Source: an uncultured Geminicoccaceae bacterium (GTDB taxonomy: Bacteria > Pseudomonadota > Alphaproteobacteria > Geminicoccales > Geminicoccaceae). Taken from it: DNA of 64,000 nt. A program made the position numbers and the translations under genes. Below are positions 55,724-64,000 of this stretch, piece by piece. The stretch covers positions 53,544 through 117,543 of the forward strand of contig CAYMTA010000009.1 of assembly GCA_964393275.1 (NCBI GenBank), read 5' to 3'. Below the pieces are notes generated by a model that ran no database searches, was not told where the DNA came from, and was given only the letters and a program-made list of their open reading frames with translations. The first letter of the stretch is position 1. Each line of letters begins with the position of its first letter.

Positions 55724-56118
55724 CCGGCAACGTCACGCTGAAGATCCTCGCCGTCATTGCCATTCTCTTCGGTGCCGTCACCCTCAAGGCCGGCGGCACG
55801 GCGCTCTTCGGCGGACCGGAGGCCCGGGCTGCGGTCGGCGACGCCGTGCCCTTCGTCCTCTGGTTCAACACGCTGGCCGGCATCGCCTACATCCTGGCCG
55901 GCATCGGCCTCTGGCTCGCCCGGCGCTGGGCCGCCCACCTCGCCTGGCTGATCGCCGTGGCCACCCTCGCCGTCTTCGCCGCCTTCGGCGTCCACGCCTT
56001 GACGGGCGGCGCCTTCGAAATGCGCACCGTGGGTGCCATGACGCTCCGCAGCCTCGTCTGGCTCGCCATCGCCGGACTTGCCTGGCGCAGCCTCTTGGCC
56101 CGGGGAAGGCCCGCATGA
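55720..56118 (+). CDS. Hypothetical 4-TM membrane protein inserted between nirI and nirX
   Basis: ATGA overlaps at both ends (55720-55723 and 56115-56118). Strongly hydrophobic, 132 aa. Confidence 0.6.
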   Translation: MTGNVTLKILAVIAILFGAVTLKAGGTALFGGPEARAAVGDAVPFVLWFNTLAGIAYILAGIGLWLARRWAAHLAWLIAVATLAVFAAFGVHALTGGAFEMRTVGAMTLRSLVWLAIAGLAWRSLLARGRPA

Positions 56119-57047
56119 GACAGCTTGGCCGCCGGCGCTGCCTGAGCATCCTCGCGGCCTCCACCCTGGGCCTGGCGCTGCCGGCCGAGGCCAGCAGCGC
56201 CCTTGCGACCCATCGCTGGTCGGGCGTGGCGCTCGGCGCCCCGGCCGAGCTCCTCGTTCGTCACGACGACCCGATCCGGGCCGCCGGCCTGATCGAGGCC
56301 GCGGTCGCCGAGCTTCGCAGGCTCGAGCGCATCTTCAGCCTGTTCGACGCCGAAAGCGCCCTCGTCCGGCTGAATCGCCAAGGCCGACTTTCGGAGCCGC
56401 CGCTCGAGCTGGTCGATCTCCTGCAGCAGGCGAGAGCCATTCACCTCGCCACCACTGGCGCCTTCGATCCGACCATCCAGCCGCTCTGGCGGCTCCATGC
56501 CGACGCTGCCGCCGCCGGTCACATCCCCAAGGGCGAGGCCCTGGAGGCAGCCCGGAAGGCGGTCGGGCTGGAGCGGGTCGCCGTCGGCTACGACGAGATC
56601 GCCTTCAGCCGGCCGGGCATGGCGCTGACCCTGAACGGCATCGCCCAGGGCTACCTTACCGACCGCATCGCCGATTTGCTGCGCGCCGGCGGCCTCGCCC
56701 ATGTGCTGGTCGATCTGGGCGAGATCCGGGCCCTGGGCGAGCGGGCACCGGGGGAGCCCTGGCGCATTGGTCTTGGCACGACCGAGGAAGTGATGTCCCT
56801 CGCCGACGGTGCCGTCGCCACCTCGGCCCCCTTCGGCACGGTGCTCGATGCGGCCGGCAGCATCGGCCACATCATCGACCCGCGCCTCGGCCGACCGAGC
56901 GCCGGACAATGGCGTCGCGTCTCCGTCCTGCACCCGCGCGCCACCATCGCCGACGGTCTCTCGACCGCCTTCGTCCTCCTGACAGAGCCCGAGATCGAGA
57001 AGGCGCTCGAAGCCTTTCCGACGGCACGGGTCCGCACGGCCGCCTGA
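56115..57047 (+). CDS. nirX: ApbE-family FAD:protein FMN transferase (NirX/NosX-like), Tat signal
   Basis: MRQLGRRRCLSILAAS... twin-arginine signal. TGAFDPTIQPLW and LNGIAQGYLTD motifs. Confidence 0.85.
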   Translation: MRQLGRRRCLSILAASTLGLALPAEASSALATHRWSGVALGAPAELLVRHDDPIRAAGLIEAAVAELRRLERIFSLFDAESALVRLNRQGRLSEPPLELVDLLQQARAIHLATTGAFDPTIQPLWRLHADAAAAGHIPKGEALEAARKAVGLERVAVGYDEIAFSRPGMALTLNGIAQGYLTDRIADLLRAGGLAHVLVDLGEIRALGERAPGEPWRIGLGTTEEVMSLADGAVATSAPFGTVLDAAGSIGHIIDPRLGRPSAGQWRRVSVLHPRATIADGLSTAFVLLTEPEIEKALEAFPTARVRTAA

Positions 57048-57087
57048 GCCACCGCCGATTGACAGGCCCGCCGTTCGCACCTAGCGT

Positions 57088-57105
57088 ACTAACCAATTGG
57101 TTAGT
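57088..57105. promoter_or_regulatory. 18-bp perfect palindrome ACTAACCAATTGGTTAGT (operator candidate)
   Basis: Read directly. Sits 16 bp upstream of the hyuA start codon. Confidence 0.65.
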
Positions 57106-57120
57106 TAGGGATGGCAGCCA

Positions 57121-59232
57121 ATGGGCTTGGCGGACGCGAGCGGGCGGACGGTCAGGATCGCCGCGGACATCGGCGGCACCTTCACCGACCTCGTGCTCGT
57201 CAAGGGCGAGGGTGAGGTTTTCACGGCCAAAATCTCGTCCACCGGAACGGCTCCCGAGGCTGCGGTCCTGAACGGCATCGGCGCCATCATGGCCGAGGCC
57301 GGGGTCGATGGCAGCCAGGTGATCGAGGTGCTGCACGGCACCACCATCGGCTCGAACACGCTTCTCGAGCGCACCGGTGCCCCGACCGGCCTGATCACCA
57401 CGAAGGGCTTTCGCGATATCCTCGAGATCGGCCGGGTGCGCACGCCCGAGATGTTCGATCTCGCCTGGACCAAGCCCGAGCCTTTGGTGCCGCGCCGCGC
57501 CCGGCTCGAGGTGACCGAGCGGATCGCCGCCGACGGCACCGTCCTGACCCCACTCGCCGAGGCGGAGGTGCTGGAGGCCGGCCAACGGCTCCAGCGGCAG
57601 GGCATCACCTCCGTCGCCGTCTGCTTCATCAACAGCTATCGCAACGGCGCCCACGAGCGCCGCGTCGGCGAGCTGCTGGCCGAGCACTTCCCGGACATGG
57701 AGGTCACCCTCTCGGCAGCCTTGCAGCCCGAGGCCAAGGAGTACGAGCGGACCAGCACCGCCGTCGTCAACGCCTATGTCCTCCCGGTCATGCGGGGCTA
57801 TCTGGCGCGGCTCGCCGCCGGGCTCGAAGGGCTCGGAATCGAGGCCCCGCTCCTCGTCGTGAGCTCGAGCGGCGGCCTCGCACGGGCGTCCGTGGCGGAA
57901 GCGCAGCCCGTCCTCTTCATCTCCTCCGGCCCGGCCGCCGGGGTCACGGGTGCCGCCCGGCTGGGTGCCGCCAACAGAATCGACGATCTGATCGTCTTCG
58001 ACATGGGCGGCACCACGGCCAAGGCAGCGCTGGTCGAGGGCGGGCGCATCTCGCGCACCAGCGAGTACGAGTTCCGCGCCGGCATCTCGACACCCAGCCG
58101 CTTCATCAAGGCCGGCGGCTTCCTCATGCGTGCCCCCACCATCGACATCGCCGAGGTCGGCGCCGGCGCCGGCTCGATCGCCACGGTCGATGCCGGCGGG
58201 CTCATCCATGTGGGCCCGCGCTCCGCCGGCGCGGAGCCCGGCCCCGCCTGCTACGGCAAGGGTGGCACCAGCGCCACGGTGACCGACGCCAACGTGGTCC
58301 TGGGCTACCTGAACCCGAGGGAGCTCGCCGGCGGCACGCTCGCGATCGACGCCGCCCTCTCCAAGCAGGCTGTCACCACCCACGTCGCGGCACCGCTCGG
58401 CGTCGGTGCCGCCGAGGCGGCGCTCGGCGTGCGCGAGATCGCCAATCTCAACATGGCCCGCGCCATCCGCGCCGTGACCGTCGAGCGCGGTGTCGACCCG
58501 AGGGACTTCACCCTCGTCGCCTTCGGCGGCAGCGGCCCCGTCCATGCGTGCGACCTCGCCCGGATGCTCGGCATCCGCCACATCCTGCTGCCCAATCTCG
58601 CCGGTGTCTTCACCGCCGCCGGCATGCTGGCCGGCGACATCGAGCGCCAGCTCGTCCAGCCTTTGCCGGCAACACTCGAGGAAGAGCTCGGCCCGAGGCT
58701 CCAGTCGGCGCTCGGCCAGCTCGAAGCCGAGGCCCGCGCGGCGCTCGCCGAGGAAGGCTTCGACAGCCACCAGATGGCGATCGAGCGGCAGATCGATCTC
58801 CGCTTCGAGAACCAGGACACCGAGCTCGGCGTGGTCGTCGACGCGAGTTTCGAGCCGGGCTTCGCCGCCCCCTTGCGCGAGCGCTTCCTCGAAGCCTACG
58901 AGCGCGTCTACGAGTACCGCGCCCGGGACCGGGTCGAGGTGGTGGCCGTTCGCGTCGTCGGAACGGGCCACCGCCAGGGCAAGCTCGACTTCAGGCGCTA
59001 CAGCACCAGGGACGGCAGTGGCACGAAAGGCAGCCCGGAGCGCCAGGTGATGTTCGAGAAGGACCAGGGCTTCGTCGCCACCCCCGTGATCGACCGCTCC
59101 GCCTTGCCGCAGGTCGCCCGGGGGCCCTTGATCATCGAGAGCCTGGACACGACCGCCGTCATCCCGCCCGGTGCCCTCGTCCGCGCGGACGAGGCGGGCA
59201 ATCTGCGCATCGAGCTGGAGGGCCGGGCATGA
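57121..59232 (+). CDS. Hydantoinase/oxoprolinase family, A (beta) subunit
   Basis: IAADIGGTFTDLV, GFRDILEIGR. 703 aa. Confidence 0.88.
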   Translation: MGLADASGRTVRIAADIGGTFTDLVLVKGEGEVFTAKISSTGTAPEAAVLNGIGAIMAEAGVDGSQVIEVLHGTTIGSNTLLERTGAPTGLITTKGFRDILEIGRVRTPEMFDLAWTKPEPLVPRRARLEVTERIAADGTVLTPLAEAEVLEAGQRLQRQGITSVAVCFINSYRNGAHERRVGELLAEHFPDMEVTLSAALQPEAKEYERTSTAVVNAYVLPVMRGYLARLAAGLEGLGIEAPLLVVSSSGGLARASVAEAQPVLFISSGPAAGVTGAARLGAANRIDDLIVFDMGGTTAKAALVEGGRISRTSEYEFRAGISTPSRFIKAGGFLMRAPTIDIAEVGAGAGSIATVDAGGLIHVGPRSAGAEPGPACYGKGGTSATVTDANVVLGYLNPRELAGGTLAIDAALSKQAVTTHVAAPLGVGAAEAALGVREIANLNMARAIRAVTVERGVDPRDFTLVAFGGSGPVHACDLARMLGIRHILLPNLAGVFTAAGMLAGDIERQLVQPLPATLEEELGPRLQSALGQLEAEARAALAEEGFDSHQMAIERQIDLRFENQDTELGVVVDASFEPGFAAPLRERFLEAYERVYEYRARDRVEVVAVRVVGTGHRQGKLDFRRYSTRDGSGTKGSPERQVMFEKDQGFVATPVIDRSALPQVARGPLIIESLDTTAVIPPGALVRADEAGNLRIELEGRA

Positions 59233-60980
59233 CCGTCAAGAGCGATGGCTCGCCCTTCGGCGACCCGATCACCTTCGCCGTCATCAAGAACGCCTTCGAC
59301 ACCATCGTCGACGAGATGGCCTACAACGTCATGCGCACGGCGCGCTCGCACATCGTCCGCGACGTGCTCGACTACTCGACCACCCTCTGTGACCGCCAGG
59401 GCCGCATCATCGCCCAGGCGAAGACGGTGGCCCTGCATCTGGGCGCCGTCCCCGATGCCATCGAAGCGGTCCAGGCCGCTTTCGGCGACGATCTCCATCC
59501 TGGCGACGTGGTGATCATGAACGACCCCTACGAGGGCGGCATGCATCTCCCGGACATCTTCATGTTCAAGCCGGTCTTTCACGCGGACCGGCTCCAGGGC
59601 TTCACCGTCGTCGTGGCGCATCACTGCGACATGGGCGGCCGGGTGCCGGGCTCCAACGCCTCCGATTCGACCGAGATCTTCCAGGAAGGCTTCCGCGTCC
59701 CGCCGCTCAAGCTCTACGAGCGAGGCGAGCCGAACAGAACGCTCTTTCGCCTGTTCGAGAAGAACGTCCGCGTCCCCGATCTGGTGATCGGCGACCTGCT
59801 CTCGCAATACGCCACCTGCCGGATGGGCGAGCGGCAATATCTTCGGCTGATTGAGCGCTACGGGGCGGCGACCATCGAGAGCTACATCGAGGGCCTGCTC
59901 GATTACGCCGAGACCATGACCCGGCGCGAGATCGAGGCCTGGCCCGACGGCACCTACAGCTTCACCGACCACATCGACGGCGACGGCTTCACCGAGGAAG
60001 CCATCCCGATCAAGGTGACGATCACCGTCAAGGGCGGCCATCTCGAGGTCGATTTCGAGGGCAGCGCGCCCCAGGTCAAGGGTGCGATCAACTCCACCCT
60101 CTCGTTCGTCAAGTCCGCGAGCTACCTCAGCGTCCGCTGCGTCATGGAGACGGACGCCCCCAACAATGCCGGCGTCTTTCGCTGCATCGACGTCAAGGCG
60201 CCCTTGGGCTCCATGCTCAACCCGCGCCTACCTGCGGCGGTCGCCGCCCGGGCCCTTACCGGCTATCGCATCGTCGACACCATGCTCGGCTGCCTCGCCC
60301 AGATCGTGCCGGCCAAGGTCATGGCGGCCGGCGAGGGTGGCAACACGGTCGTCTGCCTCGGCGGCTACGACAAGGCGACGGGCGAGCCGTTCATCCTGGT
60401 CGACATGATCAATGGCGCCTGGGGCGGCCGAGTCGATCAGGACGGCATCGAAGGCGTGACCAATCCTTCGCAGAACATGTCGAACCTGCCGGTCGAGACG
60501 CTTGAAGCGCGCTATCCCGTGCGCATCGAGGCCTTCGGCTACCGCCAGGACTCCTGCGGCGCCGGCCGCTGGCGGGGCGGGCTCGGCCTCTCCCGCACCT
60601 ACCGCCTGCTCGCCCCCGAGGCGATGCTGCAGCTCCGCTCCGACCGCACCGTACATGCGCCCTACGGCCTCTTCGGCGGCGAGCCGGGGGCGCTCACGGT
60701 CAATATCCTGAACCCCGACCGCAATGCCGAGGCGGTGCCCGGCAAGCTCACCCGCACCATCCTGGCCGGCGACAGCCTCTGCCACCACCAGGCCGGCGGC
60801 GGCGGCTACGGCGATCCTTTGCAGCGCGACCCCGACCTCGTCGCCAGGGACGCGCTGGACGAGAAGATCAGCAGCGACTACGCCCGCGAGCGGCACGGCG
60901 TCGTCCTGACGGAGGCATGCGCACCGGACGCCGCCGCCACGGCGGCGCTCCGCGCCGAGCTTCGCGCCCAAAGGACTTGA
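59229..60980 (+). CDS. Hydantoinase B/oxoprolinase family subunit
   Basis: DPITFAVIKNAFDTIVDEM, NDPYEGGMHLPD. ATGA overlap with the A subunit. Confidence 0.88.
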   Translation: MTVKSDGSPFGDPITFAVIKNAFDTIVDEMAYNVMRTARSHIVRDVLDYSTTLCDRQGRIIAQAKTVALHLGAVPDAIEAVQAAFGDDLHPGDVVIMNDPYEGGMHLPDIFMFKPVFHADRLQGFTVVVAHHCDMGGRVPGSNASDSTEIFQEGFRVPPLKLYERGEPNRTLFRLFEKNVRVPDLVIGDLLSQYATCRMGERQYLRLIERYGAATIESYIEGLLDYAETMTRREIEAWPDGTYSFTDHIDGDGFTEEAIPIKVTITVKGGHLEVDFEGSAPQVKGAINSTLSFVKSASYLSVRCVMETDAPNNAGVFRCIDVKAPLGSMLNPRLPAAVAARALTGYRIVDTMLGCLAQIVPAKVMAAGEGGNTVVCLGGYDKATGEPFILVDMINGAWGGRVDQDGIEGVTNPSQNMSNLPVETLEARYPVRIEAFGYRQDSCGAGRWRGGLGLSRTYRLLAPEAMLQLRSDRTVHAPYGLFGGEPGALTVNILNPDRNAEAVPGKLTRTILAGDSLCHHQAGGGGYGDPLQRDPDLVARDALDEKISSDYARERHGVVLTEACAPDAAATAALRAELRAQRT

Positions 60981-60996
60981 GCTCGAAAAGGGAGGA

Positions 60997-61986
60997 ATGA
61001 CGATGGCAGCCCGACGGACGATCCTCGCAAGCACCCTGGCGACAGCACTGCTCGCCGCCTCGGCCAGTGTGGCCCTGGCGCAGGAGCCCCTGACGGTCCG
61101 GCTCGATTTCTCGCCCTGGGGGGTGCATGCCGGCATGCATTATGCCATGAGCCAGGGCTGGTTCGAGGAGGCGGGCCTCGACGTCGATCTCCAGGACGGC
61201 CGCGGCTCCGGCAACACGCTGCAGCTCGTCAATGCCGGCCAGGTCGATGTCGGCCAGATCCAGCTCGGCCTCTTGGGCGCCGCGCGCGAGCAGGGGGCCA
61301 AGATCAAGTCTTTCGCCGGCTTCCAGCGCAAGACCGACCTCTGCATCCTGGTCGATCGGGATTCGCCGATCCAGAAGATCGCCGATCTGAAGGGCAAGAC
61401 GCTCGTCGTCTTCGCGGCCAGCCCCTGGGCTCCCTATATCGACGAATATCTGGCGGCGGGCGGCCTCGACCAGACCACGGTCGAGGTCCTCTTCGTCGAT
61501 CCGGCGGCCCTTTGGGGCACCTACACCGCCGGTCGCGCCGACGGGCTGATGTCGACCATCGGCTCCGCCATCCCCGTCGCCGAGAAGTCCCGGCCGTCCA
61601 AGTGCCTGATGCTGGACGAGGCCGGCCTCACCTTCCCGAGCTACGGCCTGATCGCGACCGAGGAGACCATCGCCTCGCGGGCCGAGGAGCTGGCGAAGCT
61701 GGTCGCCGTCGAGCAGCGCGCCTGGGCCGCCATCAAGGAAGATCCGGATCTCGGCGTCCAGGCGATCATCGCGGAACGACCGGACGCCAACCTCGACCCC
61801 GACATCCTGCGTGGCCAGATCGAGATCACCCTCGACTACTTCGACACCCCCGCCACCGAAGGCAAGCCGATCGGCTGGCAGGCGCGCGAGGACTGGGAAA
61901 AAGCGCTCCAGGGCATGGAGAAGGCCGGCCTGATCAGCCCGGGCTGGGACCCCGACGACTACTACACCAACGACCTGGTGCACTAG
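60997..61986 (+). CDS. ABC transporter substrate-binding protein (NMT1/THI5, NitT/TauT family)
   Basis: Signal peptide, FSPWGVHAGMHYA..., operon context. Confidence 0.75.
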   Translation: MTMAARRTILASTLATALLAASASVALAQEPLTVRLDFSPWGVHAGMHYAMSQGWFEEAGLDVDLQDGRGSGNTLQLVNAGQVDVGQIQLGLLGAAREQGAKIKSFAGFQRKTDLCILVDRDSPIQKIADLKGKTLVVFAASPWAPYIDEYLAAGGLDQTTVEVLFVDPAALWGTYTAGRADGLMSTIGSAIPVAEKSRPSKCLMLDEAGLTFPSYGLIATEETIASRAEELAKLVAVEQRAWAAIKEDPDLGVQAIIAERPDANLDPDILRGQIEITLDYFDTPATEGKPIGWQAREDWEKALQGMEKAGLISPGWDPDDYYTNDLVH

Positions 61987-61991
61987 GACCG

Positions 61992-62786
61992 GTGAGCCAC
62001 CAGGACCGGGGCACCGAGCCTTATGTGGCGCTCGACCGCGTGGCGAAGGTCTATCCCTCGCCACGCGGCGACGTCGAAGCGCTGGCCGACATCGACCTGC
62101 GGATAGCGCCCAGCACCTTCGTCAGCGTCGTGGGTCCGAGCGGCTGCGGCAAGAGCACGCTGATGAAGTGCCTGGCCGGTCTGGTGCCGATCACACGAGG
62201 CACAATCGCCATCAATGGCCGCAAGCTGGACGGCCCGCCCGACGCCATGGGCATCGTCTTCCAGCGCGACGTGCTGCTCGACTGGCGAACCATCCTCGAC
62301 AACGTGCTCCTGCAGGCGGAGCTCCATCGCCTGCCCCGCGCCGACTATCGGGACAGGGCCATGCAGCTCCTCGCGCGCTTCGGCCTCGAGGGGTTCGAGG
62401 ACCGCCACCCCTGGGAGCTTTCGGGCGGCATGCGCCAGCGCGCCGCCATCTGCCGCGCCCTCCTCTGCGATCCCGAGCTGCTCTTGATGGACGAGCCCTT
62501 CGGCGCCCTCGACGCCATGACCCGCGACGACCTCAACGTGGAGCTCACGCGCATCTGGCAGGGCACGGGCAAGACGGTCCTCTTCATCACCCACTCGATC
62601 GTCGAGGCGGTCTATCTGGCCGACCGTGTGGTGATGATGTCGCGCGGCCCCGGGCGGATCGTCGAGGTGATCGACATCGATCTTCCCCGCCCGCGCGCCC
62701 TCGCCATCCGCGAGACGCCGGCCTTCGGCGCCTATGTGCACCAGATCCGCCACCACTTCGCCGAGCTCGGGATCCTGAAGGAATGA
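61992..62786 (+). CDS. ABC transporter ATP-binding protein (NitT/TauT family)
   Basis: GPSGCGKST, LSGGMRQR, LLMDEPFGALD. GTG start after AGGA. Confidence 0.88.
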   Translation: MSHQDRGTEPYVALDRVAKVYPSPRGDVEALADIDLRIAPSTFVSVVGPSGCGKSTLMKCLAGLVPITRGTIAINGRKLDGPPDAMGIVFQRDVLLDWRTILDNVLLQAELHRLPRADYRDRAMQLLARFGLEGFEDRHPWELSGGMRQRAAICRALLCDPELLLMDEPFGALDAMTRDDLNVELTRIWQGTGKTVLFITHSIVEAVYLADRVVMMSRGPGRIVEVIDIDLPRPRALAIRETPAFGAYVHQIRHHFAELGILKE

Positions 62787-63586
62787 CCGGCTGGCGAAGG
62801 CTCCTGATGGGCGAGAGCCGCACCCGCGACGTCCTGCTCGTGCTGGCGGCCCTGGTCGTCCTTTGGGAGCTCGGCGTCTGGTACTGGCAACCGCCTGCCA
62901 TCTTCCTGCCGCCGCCGAGCGCCATCCTGGCGGAGTTCCTGACCACGCCGGAGCTCTTCGTCCGCCACATGGGCTACACGCTCTGGACGACACTCCTCGC
63001 CTTCACGATCTCGGTCGTCCTCGGCGTCGCCCTGGCAGTCGCCATCGTCTATTCGCGCCTTTTGGAGCGGACCATCTACACGCTGCTCGTCGCCCTCAAC
63101 AGCGTGCCCAAGGTGGCCTTGGCACCCCTCTTCGTCATCTGGCTCGGCACCGGCATGGAGCCCAAGATCGCGGTCGCCGTGATGCTCGCCCTCTTCCCCA
63201 TCGTCATCGACATGGTCCTGGGGCTCCGCTCGGTCGATCCCGACATGATCAACCTCGCCCGCGCCGCCCGTGCCTCGCCCTTGCGAATTCTGGCGAAGAT
63301 CCGCTTTCCCAATGCCCTTCCCAGCCTCTTCGCCGGCATGAAGGTGGCCATCTCCTTCGCCCTCGTCGGCGCCATCGTCGGCGAGTTCGTGGCCGGCGGC
63401 AACGGCCTCGGCTTCCTCGTCCTCGTGGCCCAGGGCCAGTTCGATACCACCCGCGTCTTCGTCTCGCTGGTGCTGCTCGGGCTCATGGGCACCGCCCTCT
63501 TCTACGTCATCGACTTCGCCGAGCGGCTGATGCTCCCCTGGCACGTCTCGCAACGCGGCGACGGCGGCGGCCGGCAAGTCGGCTGA
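62783..63586 (+). CDS. ABC transporter permease (NitT/TauT family)
   Basis: Six TM segments with an EAA-like loop (ARAARASPLRILAKIRFPNALP). ATGA overlap with the ATPase gene. Confidence 0.85.
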   Translation: MTGWRRLLMGESRTRDVLLVLAALVVLWELGVWYWQPPAIFLPPPSAILAEFLTTPELFVRHMGYTLWTTLLAFTISVVLGVALAVAIVYSRLLERTIYTLLVALNSVPKVALAPLFVIWLGTGMEPKIAVAVMLALFPIVIDMVLGLRSVDPDMINLARAARASPLRILAKIRFPNALPSLFAGMKVAISFALVGAIVGEFVAGGNGLGFLVLVAQGQFDTTRVFVSLVLLGLMGTALFYVIDFAERLMLPWHVSQRGDGGGRQVG

Positions 63587-63615
63587 GATCCGGCCTGATG
63601 GCTCTGCCCTGCTCG

Positions 63616-64000
63616 TCAGCCGGGCGCAGTGGACACCCTTGGCCGCCCGCTGACCGCGTCATCCGCCCGGCCCGCCTCGAGATAGCCCAGCACCACCTCG
63701 ACGATATGCTCCTCGCGCCGGGCGAGCCGCTCCTCGGCCAAAAGATTCTCGTTGAAGATGAAGGTCAGCGTGTGGGCGTTCGCGATGTAGAAATAGGAGA
63801 GCCCGCTGATGGTGATGTAGAGATCGACCGGATCGACCCCCCGGCGAAAGACCCCGGCCACCGAGCCCCGCTCCAGGATGTCGATCAGCGCTTCCAGAAG
63901 CGGGTTGTAGAGTGTCTTGATGGTCGCCGACTTCGCGATATGCGTCGCCTTGTGCAGGTTCTCGCTGTTGAGCAGCGTGATGATCTCCGGCCGCTCGACG
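63616..64000 (-). CDS. TetR/AcrR-family regulator, C-terminal part (5' end beyond window)
   Basis: The frame stays open to base 64000 (hand translation ...ITLLNSENLHKATHIAKSATIKTLYNPLLEALIDILERGSVAGVFRRGVDPVDLYITISG...). This looks like a typical TetR ligand-domain helix pattern. Confidence 0.6.
   Translation of the reverse strand, partial: VERPEIITLLNSENLHKATHIAKSATIKTLYNPLLEALIDILERGSVAGVFRRGVDPVDLYITISGLSYFYIANAHTLTFIFNENLLAEERLARREEHIVEVVLGYLEAGRADDAVSGRPRVSTAPG

Overview
High-GC, chromosomal-looking window, probably from an alphaproteobacterial-type denitrifier. That guess rests on a nirI-nirX / nirSECFDLGHJN layout, an NDUFS4-like gene, and a ydbH-ynbE-ydbL set. I saw no transposase, integrase, CRISPR array or rRNA. 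Many long ORFs in the track are GC-driven antisense or off-frame artefacts and were discarded. Several tracked ORFs are N-terminally over-extended, so I give trimmed starts where an RBS or a stop/start overlap supports them.

Contents from left to right:
(1) 0.4-8.4 kb: an unusual accessory locus. It holds five divergent small Sec-signal proteins that share one conserved motif directly after the signal peptide, a cytoplasmic TPR + GT41 (SPINDLY/OGT-like) glycosyltransferase, a Tat-signal stand-alone C39 cysteine peptidase, an outer-membrane beta-barrel with an N-terminal coiled coil, and an atypical LuxR-type regulator. Low-GC regulatory islands flank these genes. I rate this the best candidate for an undescribed system: a Fap-like secretion or fibre module with substrates carrying a double-glycine-like propeptide.
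(2) 8.7-13.4 kb: a same-strand string of ppk2, short ydbH-like, ynbE, ydbL, phnM and DUF1045.
(3) 13.5-33.3 kb: housekeeping and catabolic genes. These are an Xsc-like TPP enzyme, a DMGDH-like flavoprotein, ald, a TDT transporter, putA, a LarE-like gene, a CDF transporter, a DEAD-box helicase, a Nudix hydrolase and an NDUFS4-like gene.
(4) tRNA-Arg(UCU) at 33.3 kb.
(5) 33.4-57 kb: a denitrification region. It holds a Crp/Fnr regulator, a cytochrome c'-like gene, and a ba3-type (B-family) heme-copper oxidase homologue. That homologue has a CuA subunit II and a tiny IIa-like peptide, and its subunit I lacks the cross-link tyrosine (GHSSQQ instead of GHPIVY), which makes it a candidate non-canonical NO reductase. 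Next come heme O synthase, two SCO proteins, an unusual di-heme cytochrome b / 2x[4Fe-4S] / MvhD-like fusion, a hemerythrin, a TrpD-like protein, CbiX, the full heme d1/nirS cluster, and nirI/nirX. Four perfect TTGAC-N4-(G/A)TCAA boxes tie these units together.
(6) 57-64 kb: hydantoinase A/B plus a NitT/TauT-type ABC transporter. An 18-bp perfect palindrome sits upstream and a TetR gene runs off the right edge.

All assignments come from reading the translated sequences and recalling motifs. No database search was possible.
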